Position numbers and translations under genes: made by a program. Below, piece by piece: positions 23,399 through 35,510 of a DNA stretch of 64,000 bases (its first letter is position 1; every line of letters begins with the position of its first letter). Origin of the DNA: Hormiphora californensis (taxonomy: Eukaryota > Animalia > Ctenophora); contig CM035352.1 of the NCBI GenBank assembly GCA_020137815.1, positions 6,572,001-6,636,000 on the forward strand, given 5' to 3'. The notes beneath the pieces were generated by a model. It was not told the DNA's origin. It made no database searches and was given only the letters and a program-made list of their open reading frames with translations.

Positions 23399-25621
23399 TC
23401 ACCCATCCTGACCAGTCCGGACTAGTGTTGATGGCCTTCGTTAGGTTCTCCAGACATGTCTTGAAATCTTGGAAGTTTAACGCACTGCTAGCGTGCCTGA
23501 AGAAAGGCAGTGGTGAGGGTCATACGGAAATTTGTTTAGGCCCGTTTAATTTTATTATCCTGGTCTTGCAGTGGGCCTATTCTCAAACGCGTTTGAGAAT
23601 AGGCCAACTGCAAGACCAGGATAATAAAATGACTTAGCTTCTCGGCACTAAAGTGTGACGGGATATGATTACCTGCAGAGTTTTTGCACCGCTTCAATTT
23701 GTTGGTAGTTGAGGCTGCAGAACTGGGTTGAGTCAATAACCAGCTGAAAAGAATATTGTCAGATCAGATCTCACACACTCAACACTCAGAGAAGTACTGG
23801 TCAGGTGGAGATGGCCTGATTCAAACACACACACACACACACATACCATGCATGGGACAAGGTGACTCACCAATTGTCCCGGAGCACTAGGAGGTCCTGC
23901 GGTCGGGGCTGGCTGGTAGCTTGGCTGGGAGGGAGGTTGGTAGGTTGGCTGGGAGGGAGGTTGGTAGGCGGGTTGGGAGGGAGGTTGGTAGGTTGGCTGG
24001 GAGGGAGGCTGGTAGGCGGGTTGGGAGGGAGGTTGGTAGGCGGGTTGGGAGGGAGGCTGATATGGCACAGCGGGTTCGTCTCTTGGTAGCGTGTTGAAGG
24101 ACGATGCTGATGGTTGTCGATCGAGGGTACCAGCTGGTCCAGGAATTTCTTCCCCACCCTGTGTGTGATAGATATTACTGGAAATATATTATACACATGG
24201 TCATCCTGTCACAAGTTTGCCAGGTGCCCTCAATCCTCATTCACCCCCCCCCCCCCAACACACACCCACACACAAACCTCTTTTTGGAGTGGTCCAGGAA
24301 TAGGCTGCTCTCCAGTCCTCTTGCACCTCTCCAGGTAGGTTGCCTTCCATTTAGCGTACTTCTTCTGGTGCTCTACCTCCTCGCTTAGCTCGCCAAACTG
24401 CGTGAGCACCTCAAACAATAGAGAGGACGTGTAGAAGGACTTTATCACTTTACTGAAATAATGTTACGGGTTCTATATTATTTGTACATTGCTAATTGCT
24501 AATCTACAAATTTAAACGCAAAGAAAAACAATAAATTGTTTCACTGCACAAAATTTTGGAAATCGTCAGTTTCCATCTCTACAGAAGACAATTCCAAAAG
24601 GATTTAATTTAGCTAAGACTCACTCATCAAAGTTTGAAGCCCTGTCTTCCCTATCTGCAAACAGGAACAACTGCAGGCCCTTCGTCTCAATGTATGCTGA
24701 GGCAATGGTATCATTTGTAACAGCATCGTTCCCCTGCTCCAGCAACTCCTTCTTTCTCTAAAAAATAGGGGGAAATGAACTTTAGTGGTTCCTTCTTTCT
24801 CTAAAATAGGGGAAATGAACTTTAGTGGTTCCTTCTTTCTCTAAAAATAGGGAAAATGAACTTTAGTGGTTCCTTCTTTCTCTAAAAATAGGGGAAATGA
24901 ACTTTAGTGGTTCCTTCTTTCTCTAAATCAGGGGAAATGAACTTTAGGGGTTCCTTCTTTCTCTAAAAACAGGGGAAATGAACTTTAGTGGTTCCTTCTT
25001 TCTCTAAATCAGGGGAAATGAACCTTAGGGGTTCCTTCTTTCTCTAAATCAGGGGGAATGAACTTTAGTAGTTCCTTCTTTCTCTAAAACAGATGGAATA
25101 AATTTTAGGGGTTCCATCTTTCTCTAAATCAGGGGGAATAAACTTTAGGGGTTCCATCTTTCTCTAAAGCAGGGGGAATGAACTTTAGGGGTTCCATCTT
25201 TCTCTAAAAACAGAGGGAATCATGAACTTTAGGGAAAGCATGGGGAACTAATAGTAGAAGGTACCCCGTACCCAACAAATCCCCGTACCTACTGGGGGGG
25301 GGGGACCTACTTCTGAATGAATTTACATTTTCAAGAGAATCCATTAGTTTGAAGAGGAAGCTCTTTCCCTCGGGCGATTTACTGTCCAACTTTATACCCC
25401 GCTGAACAACGTACATCTGACCTGGGAAGAAGGGGAGATGCAGGGTTGTGTATGAGGGGGTTACAAAACAACAATTAGTTCCCAATTATTAAATTAATCA
25501 GATATTAATAAATTTACGGTAACTTACAATAATACGCCACAGTGGGATCTCTAGCTTCAAACTGTTTCGCCAGCCTCATGTAGGGAGTCAGCGGCTTCAG
25601 GGATTCAGGGATTCCTGCCAT
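23399..25621 (-). CDS. VTA1: Vacuolar protein sorting-associated protein VTA1 (LIP5)
   Basis: [32 protein letters not shown]; [34 protein letters not shown]; Pro/Gln linker of YQPPSQPA repeats; VSL domain [20 protein letters not shown]. One apparent extra base near 23429. Confidence 0.93.
23549..23630. repeat. 82-bp near-perfect palindrome in the last VTA1 intron
   Basis: ATTTTATTATCCTGGTCTTGCAGT...CAAACGCGTTTG...ACTGCAAGACCAGGATAATAAAAT. Confidence 0.9.
24747..25234. repeat. ~41-bp minisatellite, ~12 copies, each containing the VTA1 splice acceptor
   Basis: Unit TCCTTCTTTCTCTAAAAATAGGGGAAATGAACTTTAGTGGT; on the minus strand each unit reads TTTAG|AGAAAGA. Confidence 0.9.
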
Positions 25622-25937
25622 GGATTGCTTACAGAGAGAGAGGAGAACAGGTTAGATTTAGTCGAATCAAATACTAAGTTCGTTAGATAGGTATTAATGT
25701 CTCATTTAAAATAAAGTTAATAGTCTGTAGCATGCACCCTTGATTCTTCCAGACCCTTTCTAGCTCTAAACACTAGCATTGGAAGGGGTCTGGAGCAGAA
25801 AACATAATTACCAGATAACTTCAACTTCACTCAATATACTCATTTAAAAACTGAAAAAAAAAACACTTTAAGTTTAACATTCATCCAGTTCCACGGGACT
25901 TTTCCTCAGTTAAATACACACACACACACATGTGTGT

Positions 25938-26054
25938 TTAGTCAGCGGGTCGTTTCAGAGAGTTAACTAGGACGTAGTGGTATACGATAACCAGGATGAA
26001 GATAACACTTCCCATTAGGTTACAGAATATTGCCAGCTGGTGGTCGGTTATCAT
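25938..26054 (-). CDS. OST4: Oligosaccharyltransferase 4-kDa subunit (38 aa; not in the ORF track)
   Basis: Translates to [38 protein letters not shown], matching the OST4 pattern MITD.QLAIF.N..G...F.LV..YHYV.VN. Confidence 0.95.
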   Translation of the reverse strand: MITDHQLAIFCNLMGSVIFILVIVYHYVLVNSLKRPAD

Positions 26055-26330
26055 TGTGCTAGTGTGTCTGCAGGGACTGGGGTCAGAATGTTAATTTTGG
26101 AGTCGGGGTAACGGGGTTAGAATGTCAGTAGTAAGTGCTATTGGGATGGGGGGGGGGTTAGAAAACACAGGATTCCGACAAAAACTTTAGAAAAAAGGTG
26201 TTACAAACATCTTATGATTATTTACACAAATAAAACTTCTCTCTTTCTAAATGTTTTGTTATCAAAACACTGCTATAATAGCCTGGAAATGCCGTCTGTC
26301 ATAGGGTGGAATTCAGCCACTATAAAGCAG

Positions 26331-27790
26331 CTAGCTATTTGCTGTTATGAGGCCCGTTTTGAAGGCTGCATCATCATCAGGTAGTTGCCGTGGTGACAAC
26401 ATCTCCATAGCAACGACAAACTCAGGTTGTAACTCCTTGACAACCGCTCTAGCGTGTGTAACCAGGGCGACCTCTTTCTCTGTCAGTTTATCACTAGTGC
26501 TACTGTCACTACACTGTGCTATGGAGGCGGCTGAGAGACGAGCTAGTGATGACGTCATCATGGTCCTATCTCCCTCACCATGGAAACACATCATGTGACA
26601 GAGGAGGAGGATCAGCTGAATACGCAGTTTCTCTGTATACCCTGCCATGGATCCCGGAGCACTTGGTTCGTCACCCAGCAAGATGACAACAGTAGTCCAC
26701 ACCTTGGTGAAGTGAGCCCCATAACACGCCCTGGAAGAGGGCTGGCCAAGAGCCAAGGTAGCGTTAATCCGAACTTTAAAGTTTTTGCAGTGAACAATGA
26801 CTGAAGTGAGGGTTTCAAATAGGAGGGGTGCCCAGTCCGCGTCGAGGGGGCTTATAACTGGGTTTTGAAGGGAGTTCATTAGAGCATGACACGCATTCCA
26901 CCGGGTTTTCATCATACCTGAAGCAGAGGGAGACACATTAACGACACTACATTTGCTTTGAGTTATAACAATGTGGTTGTTATTGGGTGTTGTTATTGAG
27001 AAAAAGGGCTAAATAATGACCCCCGTGTGACTCATGTTGTCGGATCATTGTTATTGACCCGGGGGAAGGAGGGGGTATGAGGGTGGGACCGAGAGGGGGG
27101 TATGTTTACCGGGAGGGTGTGGGACCGAGAGGGGGATATGTTTACCGGGAGGGTGTGGCATGGTGATGGGAGGGTGTGGCATGGTGATGGGAGGGTGTGG
27201 TGATGGGAGGGTGTGGTGATGGGAGGGTGTGGTGATGGGAGGGTGTGGTGATGGGAGGGTGTGGTGATGGGTTATACCTGAAGTTGAGGCACGAAGGAGG
27301 CATTCAATACTCCTTGTAACATAGTCCTTAAAATGAACCTTATCGTATGTGCTTTGTTTCATGAATCTCAATAGGTTTCCCAGTGCTCTCACGATGTTAC
27401 TCTTCACTTTGTCATTGCTGTCAGCTGACTTCAGAGACACGTCCAGTAATCTAGAGGAGGGTGGTAGTAGAATAACTTAATTCGGCCGGGAAAGGAAAAT
27501 ATTACATAATCTTCCCTCTGTTTACTAACCTCCCTAGCAGAAGATCACTAAAGTCGCTAACGAAACTGGGATTATTGCCCTTGTTGACGACCAGGGTGTC
27601 TGACAAGTTTCCCAGGCTCCAGGACACCCTTAGTATGAGAGTCCTGTCTGAAGAGTCTGTACTCTCCAGGGCACTGATGATTGCATTAGCAGTGTCCGCC
27701 ACAAAGAGTAGGTCATCCCGGATACACGGGTACATGACCAGCACTCCCAAACACCTACAGGGAGAGAGAGAGAGAGAGAAGAGAGAGAAG

Positions 27791-27838
<48 letters not shown>

Positions 27839-30800
27839 AGAGAGAGAAGAGATAGAGAGAGATGCAGACTCTCAGTATACATAGACTCTTACTACATAAT
27901 CTTATCTCTCTACGTAGCTCCTCTCTCTCTCTGCTCCTTTCTACTCTCTCTCTCTCTCCTCTCATCTCTCCCGCTCTCTCATCTCGACGTCTCTCTCTCT
28001 CGCTCTGGCTCTCTCTCATCTCTACCATCTACTCCTTCGTCTCCTACCTCTCTCTCTTCTCTCTCGTCTTCTCCTCTCAGTCTTCTCTCTCTCTCTCGAT
28101 CTCTCTTCGTATCTCTCTTGCTCCTCCGTCTGTCTCTCTTCATCTCTCTCTCTCTTCGCAAGGCCGTAGAGAATCGAGAAAAAGATACAAATAAAATCCA
28201 TGAAGACTTCGATATCCTTCCTAATTAATTATCGACGACGAATGATATCGGGGAATGAACTGGCAGACAGAACAACCATGTTGAAGAGAGCGCCCAAAGG
28301 TGTTTTACGACCTTCCAGGCGGATGACGTTGCCGGGACGTTAGGGTTAGTTAGGGCCAGCAGGAGTGTCATAATTAACCGCTGTGTGTGCACCTCAAATG
28401 AAGAGAATACCTTATTACCTGAAATGTAAAACAATCTAGAGATATTATTATTATGGGAGACGGGAGTATCATGGGAGGTTTGCAGAAGAATAGTAGTCTG
28501 CTACGGGCTACCTGGTAAACGGTAGGAATCATCCAGGTCACAAACAATGAACATCACAGCATAACAACACTAGTTACTTAACTAACCTATTGTTGATATG
28601 ATATCACACGCCCCGGGCATCATTTGAGATGACTCGTCTTGAAGTATTGGAACTACAACCCCGCTCAAGATACCCAACCAATGCTCAAGAACCTCCGATA
28701 GCTCCAATTTTGAGTCTGGCCTGAGGGTAATGGGTGTATGTACCGTGTGGGGCAATAAAAATGCCCCCCCAAGTCTACCATAGTTCCAGATATCGTGGAG
28801 CGCTAAAATTTGGTTCAGTAACTCTATGAGACAAATAAATAACTTGACCAAAATTTCAGACCTCTAGCTCAAAATTCATTTTTTTGATCGGAATGAACAT
28901 TGTCATTCATTCCAGGAAAAAATATTTTCCGGTTCAAAATTTAACCAATTATGTTTGGCTATCGATTAGCTTTCCAATGTGACCAAGATCAGCTAAATTG
29001 GACAACCACAAGAGACACAGTGTCATGTTGCTTTAAGTTAGTCAGGTCATGTGATCTTCACTGAATCGTTGATCGTGTTCAGTATTACGAATTGGTCTAA
29101 GTGGTAGAGAATCACGTATCACATCTGCTAATGAGGGATGACGATGCTGATTGGTCATGAGATCTGTAGCTCTTTGATAAATGTCCTTTTTCCTCGAATC
29201 ACATCACCCTGTATTGGTACACATACCCAATTAGCGGCCATGATACGAGATTCCTTTGCCCATTGACCCGATTAGCAATCCCGGAAACTCAACGATTCGG
29301 TGAAGATCACATGACCTGACTAACTTAAAGCAACATGACACTGTGTCTCTTGTGTTTGTCCAATTTAGCTGATCTTGGTCCCATTGGAAAACAAATCGAT
29401 AGCCAAACATAATTAGTTAAATTTTGGACCGGAAAATATTTTTTCCTGGAATGAATGACAATGTTCATTCCGATCAAAAAAATGAATTTTGAGCTAGAGG
29501 TCTGAAATTTTGGCCAAGTTATTTATTTGTCTCATAGAGTTACTGTACCAAATTTTAGCGCTCCACGATATCTGGAACTATGGTAGACTTGGGGGGGCAT
29601 TTTTATTGCCCCACATGTGTACTATGCGGCAGAAACACAAAAATTCTAAACTCGGTAACCATGGCCACTAGGGCCCTGTGATATGACACTCGACCTAATA
29701 ATTAGAATCGTTCAAATCCTTACATTTCGGTCTGGGCAGCTAGCGCACGGCCTAGTTCCTCCAGGACAAGGAGGGCCATATTCTGAACCATCGGATCAGA
29801 TGGACTTGACTCCAGAGTAAACTTGCCCACCTCTGACACCTCTTTCCACCTGGTAATATACATGTTACAAAAGAGGGTATTTGGGCCAAGAGGTCAGTAA
29901 AACAGTATTGTCCCACAAAAAGCGCTATGATGCAGTCATCCCCTTCCGAAAAACAGCACCTGTCAATAAGGGGGTTGAAACAGCACATTACCTGTCAATA
30001 AGGGGGGTTGAAATACAGCACATTACCTGTCAATAAGGGGGTTGAAATAGAATCTGAGAATCTGACATGTGATCTGAAGGCATTCCTTCTGGTGGGTCCC
30101 AGCCCGCAGGTGAGTCACACAATCCCCAAATACTTCTGAATGCCTAGTTAGCCACTCTCCCACCTACAATAGGGGTAAAGATTCAATTGTAAAATTAAGT
30201 AAGAACTTATACACAGTCACACTAGACTAGTGACCCCAGACCATTATGTGGCAGGTTAAGGGATGTATCTTGGAGAAAGTACTTGTACTCTATTATAGAG
30301 CATGTTGCTCTTTTCGAGTGCTTGGTGTGCCTGATGATGGCAATCAAATTGTTGTTGACCGCGTTGAGTAACAACAAATGTTTCAAATTACCTCTAAGAA
30401 GGGGGTCTCAATGGTGAGACATGTACAGAGAAGGTTAAGAGCTGCAGCTTGGACCTTCAACTGTCCGTTATCTGCCCTCATATACTCCCGACACACATTC
30501 AGAATCTGCAAGTTTATTAGTAGGGGTGAAGTAATTAGTAGGGGATGAAGTTAATTAGCGGGGGTGAAGTAATTAGCGGGGATGAGTTAATTAGCGAGGG
30601 TTGTAAATGCAGCCCGCGAGCCAGATTAGCTTAATTGTTATACAGTCGGACCCCGATTTACCGTGCCCTCGATTTACCGGGCAAAACCCTTTCTCCCGAG
30701 CATCGCGGCAAATCGGGGTCCGACTGTACAGTGTACCGTATTGTAGTAGTGGCCTAGAGCTAAATTTCAAAGCGGTACCTTGCTGATAATGCCAGGTGGA

Positions 30801-33800
30801 AGCTTTGAGAAGGGTGTGTGGGAGACAAGGACAGAGATACACTGAAGGTGGTGAGGTAGCACCGTTACGGGACATCCTGATACCTGACCCACCAACTCCT
30901 TGTGGAGGCCAGTCAGGTCGCTAGCGAGGGTCCGGGAAAATGGAGTAAATGCACCCGTTTCATTGCCTGCAAATTAATGATTGTTTACTGTTTAGTGCTG
31001 GGGTAACTCTTATTTTTCTTCTTCTTCTTCTAGAGGGTGCCTGGGATAAACCCACAAGGAACTATCGCGAAAGCGATTTGATCTGGTGGGCACTTATAGT
31101 AATAGATTGCCAAGTTAGACTGTTTTTTATAAAATAAAATAAAAGAGTTTGTACAAAACAAGTAATAGAGGCTAGTGGCCCCCGAACTGTCTGGCGCCGC
31201 GACCCCATCTGAGCGCACTGTGAGAATCAAATGGGGTATGGCGCCGCCATACAGCCCTCGAAGGGGTGGTGATAAAAAGTGGAGATGAAGAAGTAAGAAC
31301 CACCCAAACTACTAACAAGATTAATTGCATTATGTTCTAACATAATGCTGAATTTCCCTGCCATGTGAATCTATGAAGAAAGGAAATCATGACCAGATCC
31401 GCTGTAGCAGCAAGCGGAACACAAAATCCCGATCATCATATCACACAAACAGTATAGAGCAAATCCTTGTGTTTTAGTAGCAATAAATTGCGCGCCACGC
31501 CGCCACATTGCGCGCCACACATTTCCTGAAAACGTGCCAATGAAGTGGTTTATGAAGGAGCAGCTCGTAACTGTGTGCGCGGCTCTTGTTGCTACACCGT
31601 TGCCCCTCGCAACTAAAGTGTGACCAAAATGGTCCCTCTACCGATTAGTTAGTATACCAAAATGTCGTTTTCGAATTCTAACCCTGCTATGCCTTTTTAC
31701 AAAGTAAAAAGGCATCCGGGTGAATGCCTTCGGCATTCACCCGGGCAGGGAAAAAATTACCTTGTCTGTAGTCAGCTGCTACAAAATAGTGTCGACATGA
31801 TTCTATTAGGTTTGCTAACGCTCCAAGGCCAGCGATTCTACACTTCATGTTCTGTTCCCGTCCTATCACCGGTAATAAACCTGAAACAATGCGATAACAG
31901 CCCTGAAACTTTACTTTCCTGCTAGTAGCAGGAAAGTAAAGCAGTGCTACATTTCCCGGGAATTTCAGAGGTTTTGTACTTCTATGACTCTCTCACCAGG
32001 AACCGACCGAAACAAGTAAACAACCAATCAGAACTCGTTATTTAGGTCACGCGACTAGTTATCAGCCAATCAGGGACCAGTATTTCCTGATTCGGTCGGT
32101 TCCTGTCTCTCACCATAGTTAGTATCAGAGGGTAGGAAGGCAGACCAGACGCTATACATCCTGGACTTGTGGATGGTGGTGACACACTGTTGGAGAGTCT
32201 GTAGACTGGCCAGCCTGGTTCGGAACTTCACTGCAAGTACTTTACTGTGCAGACCCTCCTCAGTATCACTCTCGGAGTACTGAAATTAGAGGGGGGTTCC
32301 AAATTATACATTTATACAGCAGGAACTAAATTTAACGTACATGCTACCATAATTGCATGCAGTACTGCACTTCTGTTCCTACCTCAGACTCGGACGTTGA
32401 AACGACAACTTCACTTTTGATAGCAGCAGCGGGACTACCGATGGGAATCTTAGTGTCAACAGGAGTTCCTTTCTTGGAGGGGGGCTGCTGTGTGGTTCGA
32501 GGTTGTGGAGGTTTCCCTTGGGCACGGACCTAAAACATAACATTCCTTAATTAGCTCCACCACCCTGATGATACTATTTGTTGCTTTACAGTTAGGTTGT
32601 TGAGACTGATTGATCTGGTTTTCCTTCTCCATGATTGCTGTTCACTTTGTTGCGGTCTCTGCAGGGGGGCTCTGTCAGCATGTCTCGGATTTCTGTTCTG
32701 CTCCCCTCGCTGTCTGGTGTTGTCAGCAAAGCTGTCAGCTGTCCTCCTCTTACCTTTTCCTTTCCTGAGGATGTGTTGGTAAATAGTGGAACAAATACAG
32801 CTGTGTAACGTGTTATTTGTAACTAATCACTTGTTCCATGTTACTCACTTGTTCCTGACACGAGGCTGAGAGTACCGGCTTTGTCCGGATTCGCTAAAAT
32901 CGGACAGGTTCAGTTCGTCCAGAGACATGGATTCAAAACTTATGGCCGGGCTAGGTCCGGCTCCTTCTTCGAATATCATTCCTGGAAGGTTTGAACGTGA
33001 AACTTCTCTTCCATCTTACTACAGTCCGAGCTTCCCGGTAAATCGGGGTCCGACTGTATATTAAATGCAGATCGGTGGACACACGTCTCCACGTGTTAAA
33101 TGGACGGGTTGTTATCGTCGGTATAACAGAGGGTGAAAATGGGGGGAGGGGAGAGAGGTAAATGCCCTCCCTGCCGAGTGCCGAAAACTCTCTCGGGGTA
33201 AGTATTCGGCAGGGAGGGTAGGAAATAGGGGTATAATGCCCTACATGCCGACGGCGATCTCATCCCAATTTCGTCGGCATGTAGGGCATTAGACCCCTAT
33301 AATAGGCTATATCCCGCCCTCCCTGACGAATGCCCTCCCTATCGACCCGTCGGCAGGGAGGGCGGGTACCGTTTGTTATGCATATTATATATATATATCG
33401 TACTGGTGGGCTTTGTGTTCCTGTTGATTCGGTGGTGTTTATTGAGTGGCTTGAGTGTTCAAGAAATAATTCAAGGTGAATCACTTTTGCTACCTACCCC
33501 TGTGTGACACATACCTTTTATAACATTGAGAATAGTCTCCATGAGATACTGTGACCGGTTGTGTCTGGTGACGGTCTGCAGACACTTTGTCACACCAGCC
33601 CGGAGGCGGGCACGGTTCAGGTTGTCTCCATGGAGACGTGATTCAACCAGGGTACATAGAGTCTGAACTAAGGGCATCACAAACACCTCATCAACCACGC
33701 TGTGTCGGGATAATTTGTTGTTATTGGTGAATTCAACGAACCTATAAAATCAAAGCTACTACATTGATTGGTGGAATGTGTACTTACCTCTATACCTACC

Positions 33801-35186
33801 TGGGATCTACCTACTGAAACATTTACACTAACCTGTTCAGCATATTGTTTAAACACCGCAGGGCAAGATGTTGAACCTCACGTTCTGGTGCGGAACCAAG
33901 GATCAATCGGTGGAGCTCCCCACCCTCCCCTACAAGCATGTCTAGACAATCCAAAACCTGAAGTTAAACCTGGTTAGTGGGTAATAATGCATCATAAAAC
34001 CCCTACTAATAAATATCCATACATAAAAGGTTTCACATAGTTTATTGTACCCTAAATACCAGGAACCGACCGAAACGAGTAAACAACCAATCAGAACTCG
34101 TTATTTAGGTCACGTGACTGGTTATCAGCCAATCAGGGACCAGTATTTCCTGATTCGGTCGGTTCCTGCTAAATACTAACATTAAGGTCGGTGTCGTAGA
34201 GAAGAGCTCCCAGTGCTTCGACTGAATGGTAAACGTAATTGGTGGCTTTACACACGTCCAATATGAAGGAGGTACACTCGTTCAATTCCCCAGCACTAAA
34301 TGTACACTGAAAAATAATAAGAGAATTATCAAGGGGGTTGTGTATATTACACTTTTGTAGGCTACCTGCACCCCCGTGCTTGAGTCCCGTGTAATATACA
34401 CAACCCCCTTGATGAAAAGACATTTAGTGTAAGTAGAAAGAGAGAAGGGTCGGTATATAGCCAGAGAGAGGGGAGATATAGAAAGAGGGGATACAAGATA
34501 GAGAGGGGTGAGAGACAGAGAAAGAGCATGGTAAGCGTATTTAATCTGTAAGTAAAGTGATGTAATCGGCCCCGCAATCTTACCGATTGCCCCACACGCA
34601 ATACACAGTACACGGAGTGACCATAATGTAATCAGTAATATGGGTATTCAATTGCAGCCCTAAAATTCTTGCCGGGAACAGATGGTAGGTAAATAAACAG
34701 AACATTGATTAAAGGCTGCTGCTGCTGTTCAACTGTGTGAGTGGGTGGTTATGTGTAAACAGTGCTGCAGATCGATGCGATGAGAAACGCGCGTGCGGCT
34801 GACACTGCCGCCGCGCACTTTTCTCACAACAGCCACCCCGCGCCCTCCGTCTTTACCTTGACACGGTTGAGGGCCAGGACACACAGCTGACACCACTTCA
34901 CCTGGAGTTGCGCCTCCCCACACAGCCCTACTGTACATAACAGGGCACCCTTCACTTCCTGAAACGGGGTGTAATGATAAACACAGAGACAAGAGTAGTA
35001 AAAACTTAAAATAGGTCTACAAACTTGAAATTGGGCTGAAAACATGATTAATTTGAAACTTACATCTTCTTTAGGCACGCAACTCGGATCCCCATGTAGT
35101 TCTAAACTGAGTGATTGAAGGGCAAGGGATATCTCATTCTTGGGTGTCTTAGCCGTGAATCGAGATGCATTGAGCCATTGGGCCAT
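26331..35186 (-). CDS. HEATR6: HEAT repeat-containing protein 6, multi-exon
   Basis: MKTRWNACHALMN..NFKVRINATLAL; DSNDKVKSNIVRALGNLL; CLGVLVMYPCIRDDLLFVADTANAI..RVSWSLGNLSD. Start inferred from an ATG 10 nt after an acceptor; not every exon was mapped. Confidence 0.88.
27760..28160. repeat. (GA)n followed by degenerate (CT)n microsatellites in a HEATR6 intron
   Basis: Directly visible. Confidence 0.95.
28743..29618. mobile_element. Tc1/mariner-like fold-back element (same family as 41162-42038)
   Basis: TA|CCGTGTGGGGCAATAAAAATGCCCCCC...; ~340-bp complementary arms sharing ATAGTTCCAGATATCGT with the 41162 copy. Confidence 0.85.
30643..30726. mobile_element. Tc1/pogo-like MITE
   Basis: TA|CAGTCGGACCCCGATTT...AAATCGGGGTCCGACTG|TA. 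Confidence 0.85.
31345..31756 (+). mobile_element. Dispersed repeat ending in a double hairpin (Helitron/Helentron-like)
   Basis: Body is the reverse complement of about 7075-7385; the end ATGCCTTTT..AAAAGGCAT-CCGGGTGAATGCC-TTCG-GCATTCACCCGG recurs at 56448-56522. Superfamily is inferred. Confidence 0.55.
31997..32105. mobile_element. 109-bp hAT-like MITE
   Basis: CAGGAACCGACCGAA...TTCGGTCGGTTCCTG with 8-bp target duplication TCTCTCAC. Confidence 0.9.
33119..33371. repeat. GC-rich nested palindromic element in a HEATR6 intron
   Basis: CCCTCCCTGCCGA/TCGGCAGGGAGGG pairs around the central AATGCCCTACATGCCGACG..CGTCGGCATGTAGGGCATT stem. Confidence 0.65.
34060..34168. mobile_element. 109-bp hAT-like MITE, second copy
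   Basis: Near-identical to 31997-32105; 8-bp target duplication CTAAATAC. Confidence 0.9.
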
Positions 35187-35467
35187 TCAGGGGGCGCTAG
35201 GAGAATAAGATATTAAGGGAGCGATAATGGAGGTAAATAAGAAATGATAGAAATGATAGAATCAAAACAACATGGGATTTTTGTCAGTACTAAAATTTGA
35301 AATTCATATTACAACTTTTACTCTTCACATACCGTAGACACATAGACCAGTAATATATAATATAAGGGTAGATATATTCTTTTGTAATGATATTGACAAG
35401 TGAGACTCGGTTTATATCATCACTAAGAATGAATTCGGGAATTTTCACCGTTCAACGGCATCATCAG

Positions 35468-35510
35468 CTCAAATTAATTTGTGTAAAATAGTGTTGAAAA
35501 CTTTTAAACT
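35468..35510 (-). other. Genomic copy of a ctenophore spliced-leader exon, without a following GT donor
   Basis: Minus strand AGTTTAAAAGTTTTCAACACTATTTTACACAAATTAATTTGAG aligns ungapped (39/43) to the Mnemiopsis leader as I recall it (AGTTTCAAACTTTTCAACACTACTTTAAACAAATTAATTTGAG). The reference is from memory and needs checking. Confidence 0.75.

Noticed and set aside
24747-25234. CRISPR-like array (also 55275-55715 and 52331-52414)
   Set aside because: Head-to-tail repeats without unique spacers, in a eukaryotic context, with no cas genes.
31997-32105. Introner (intron-generating transposon)
   Set aside because: The element lies inside a longer intron with its own acceptor over 100 bp away.
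35468-35510. Functional SL RNA gene
   Set aside because: No GT donor after the leader and no evident Sm-site-bearing intron portion.
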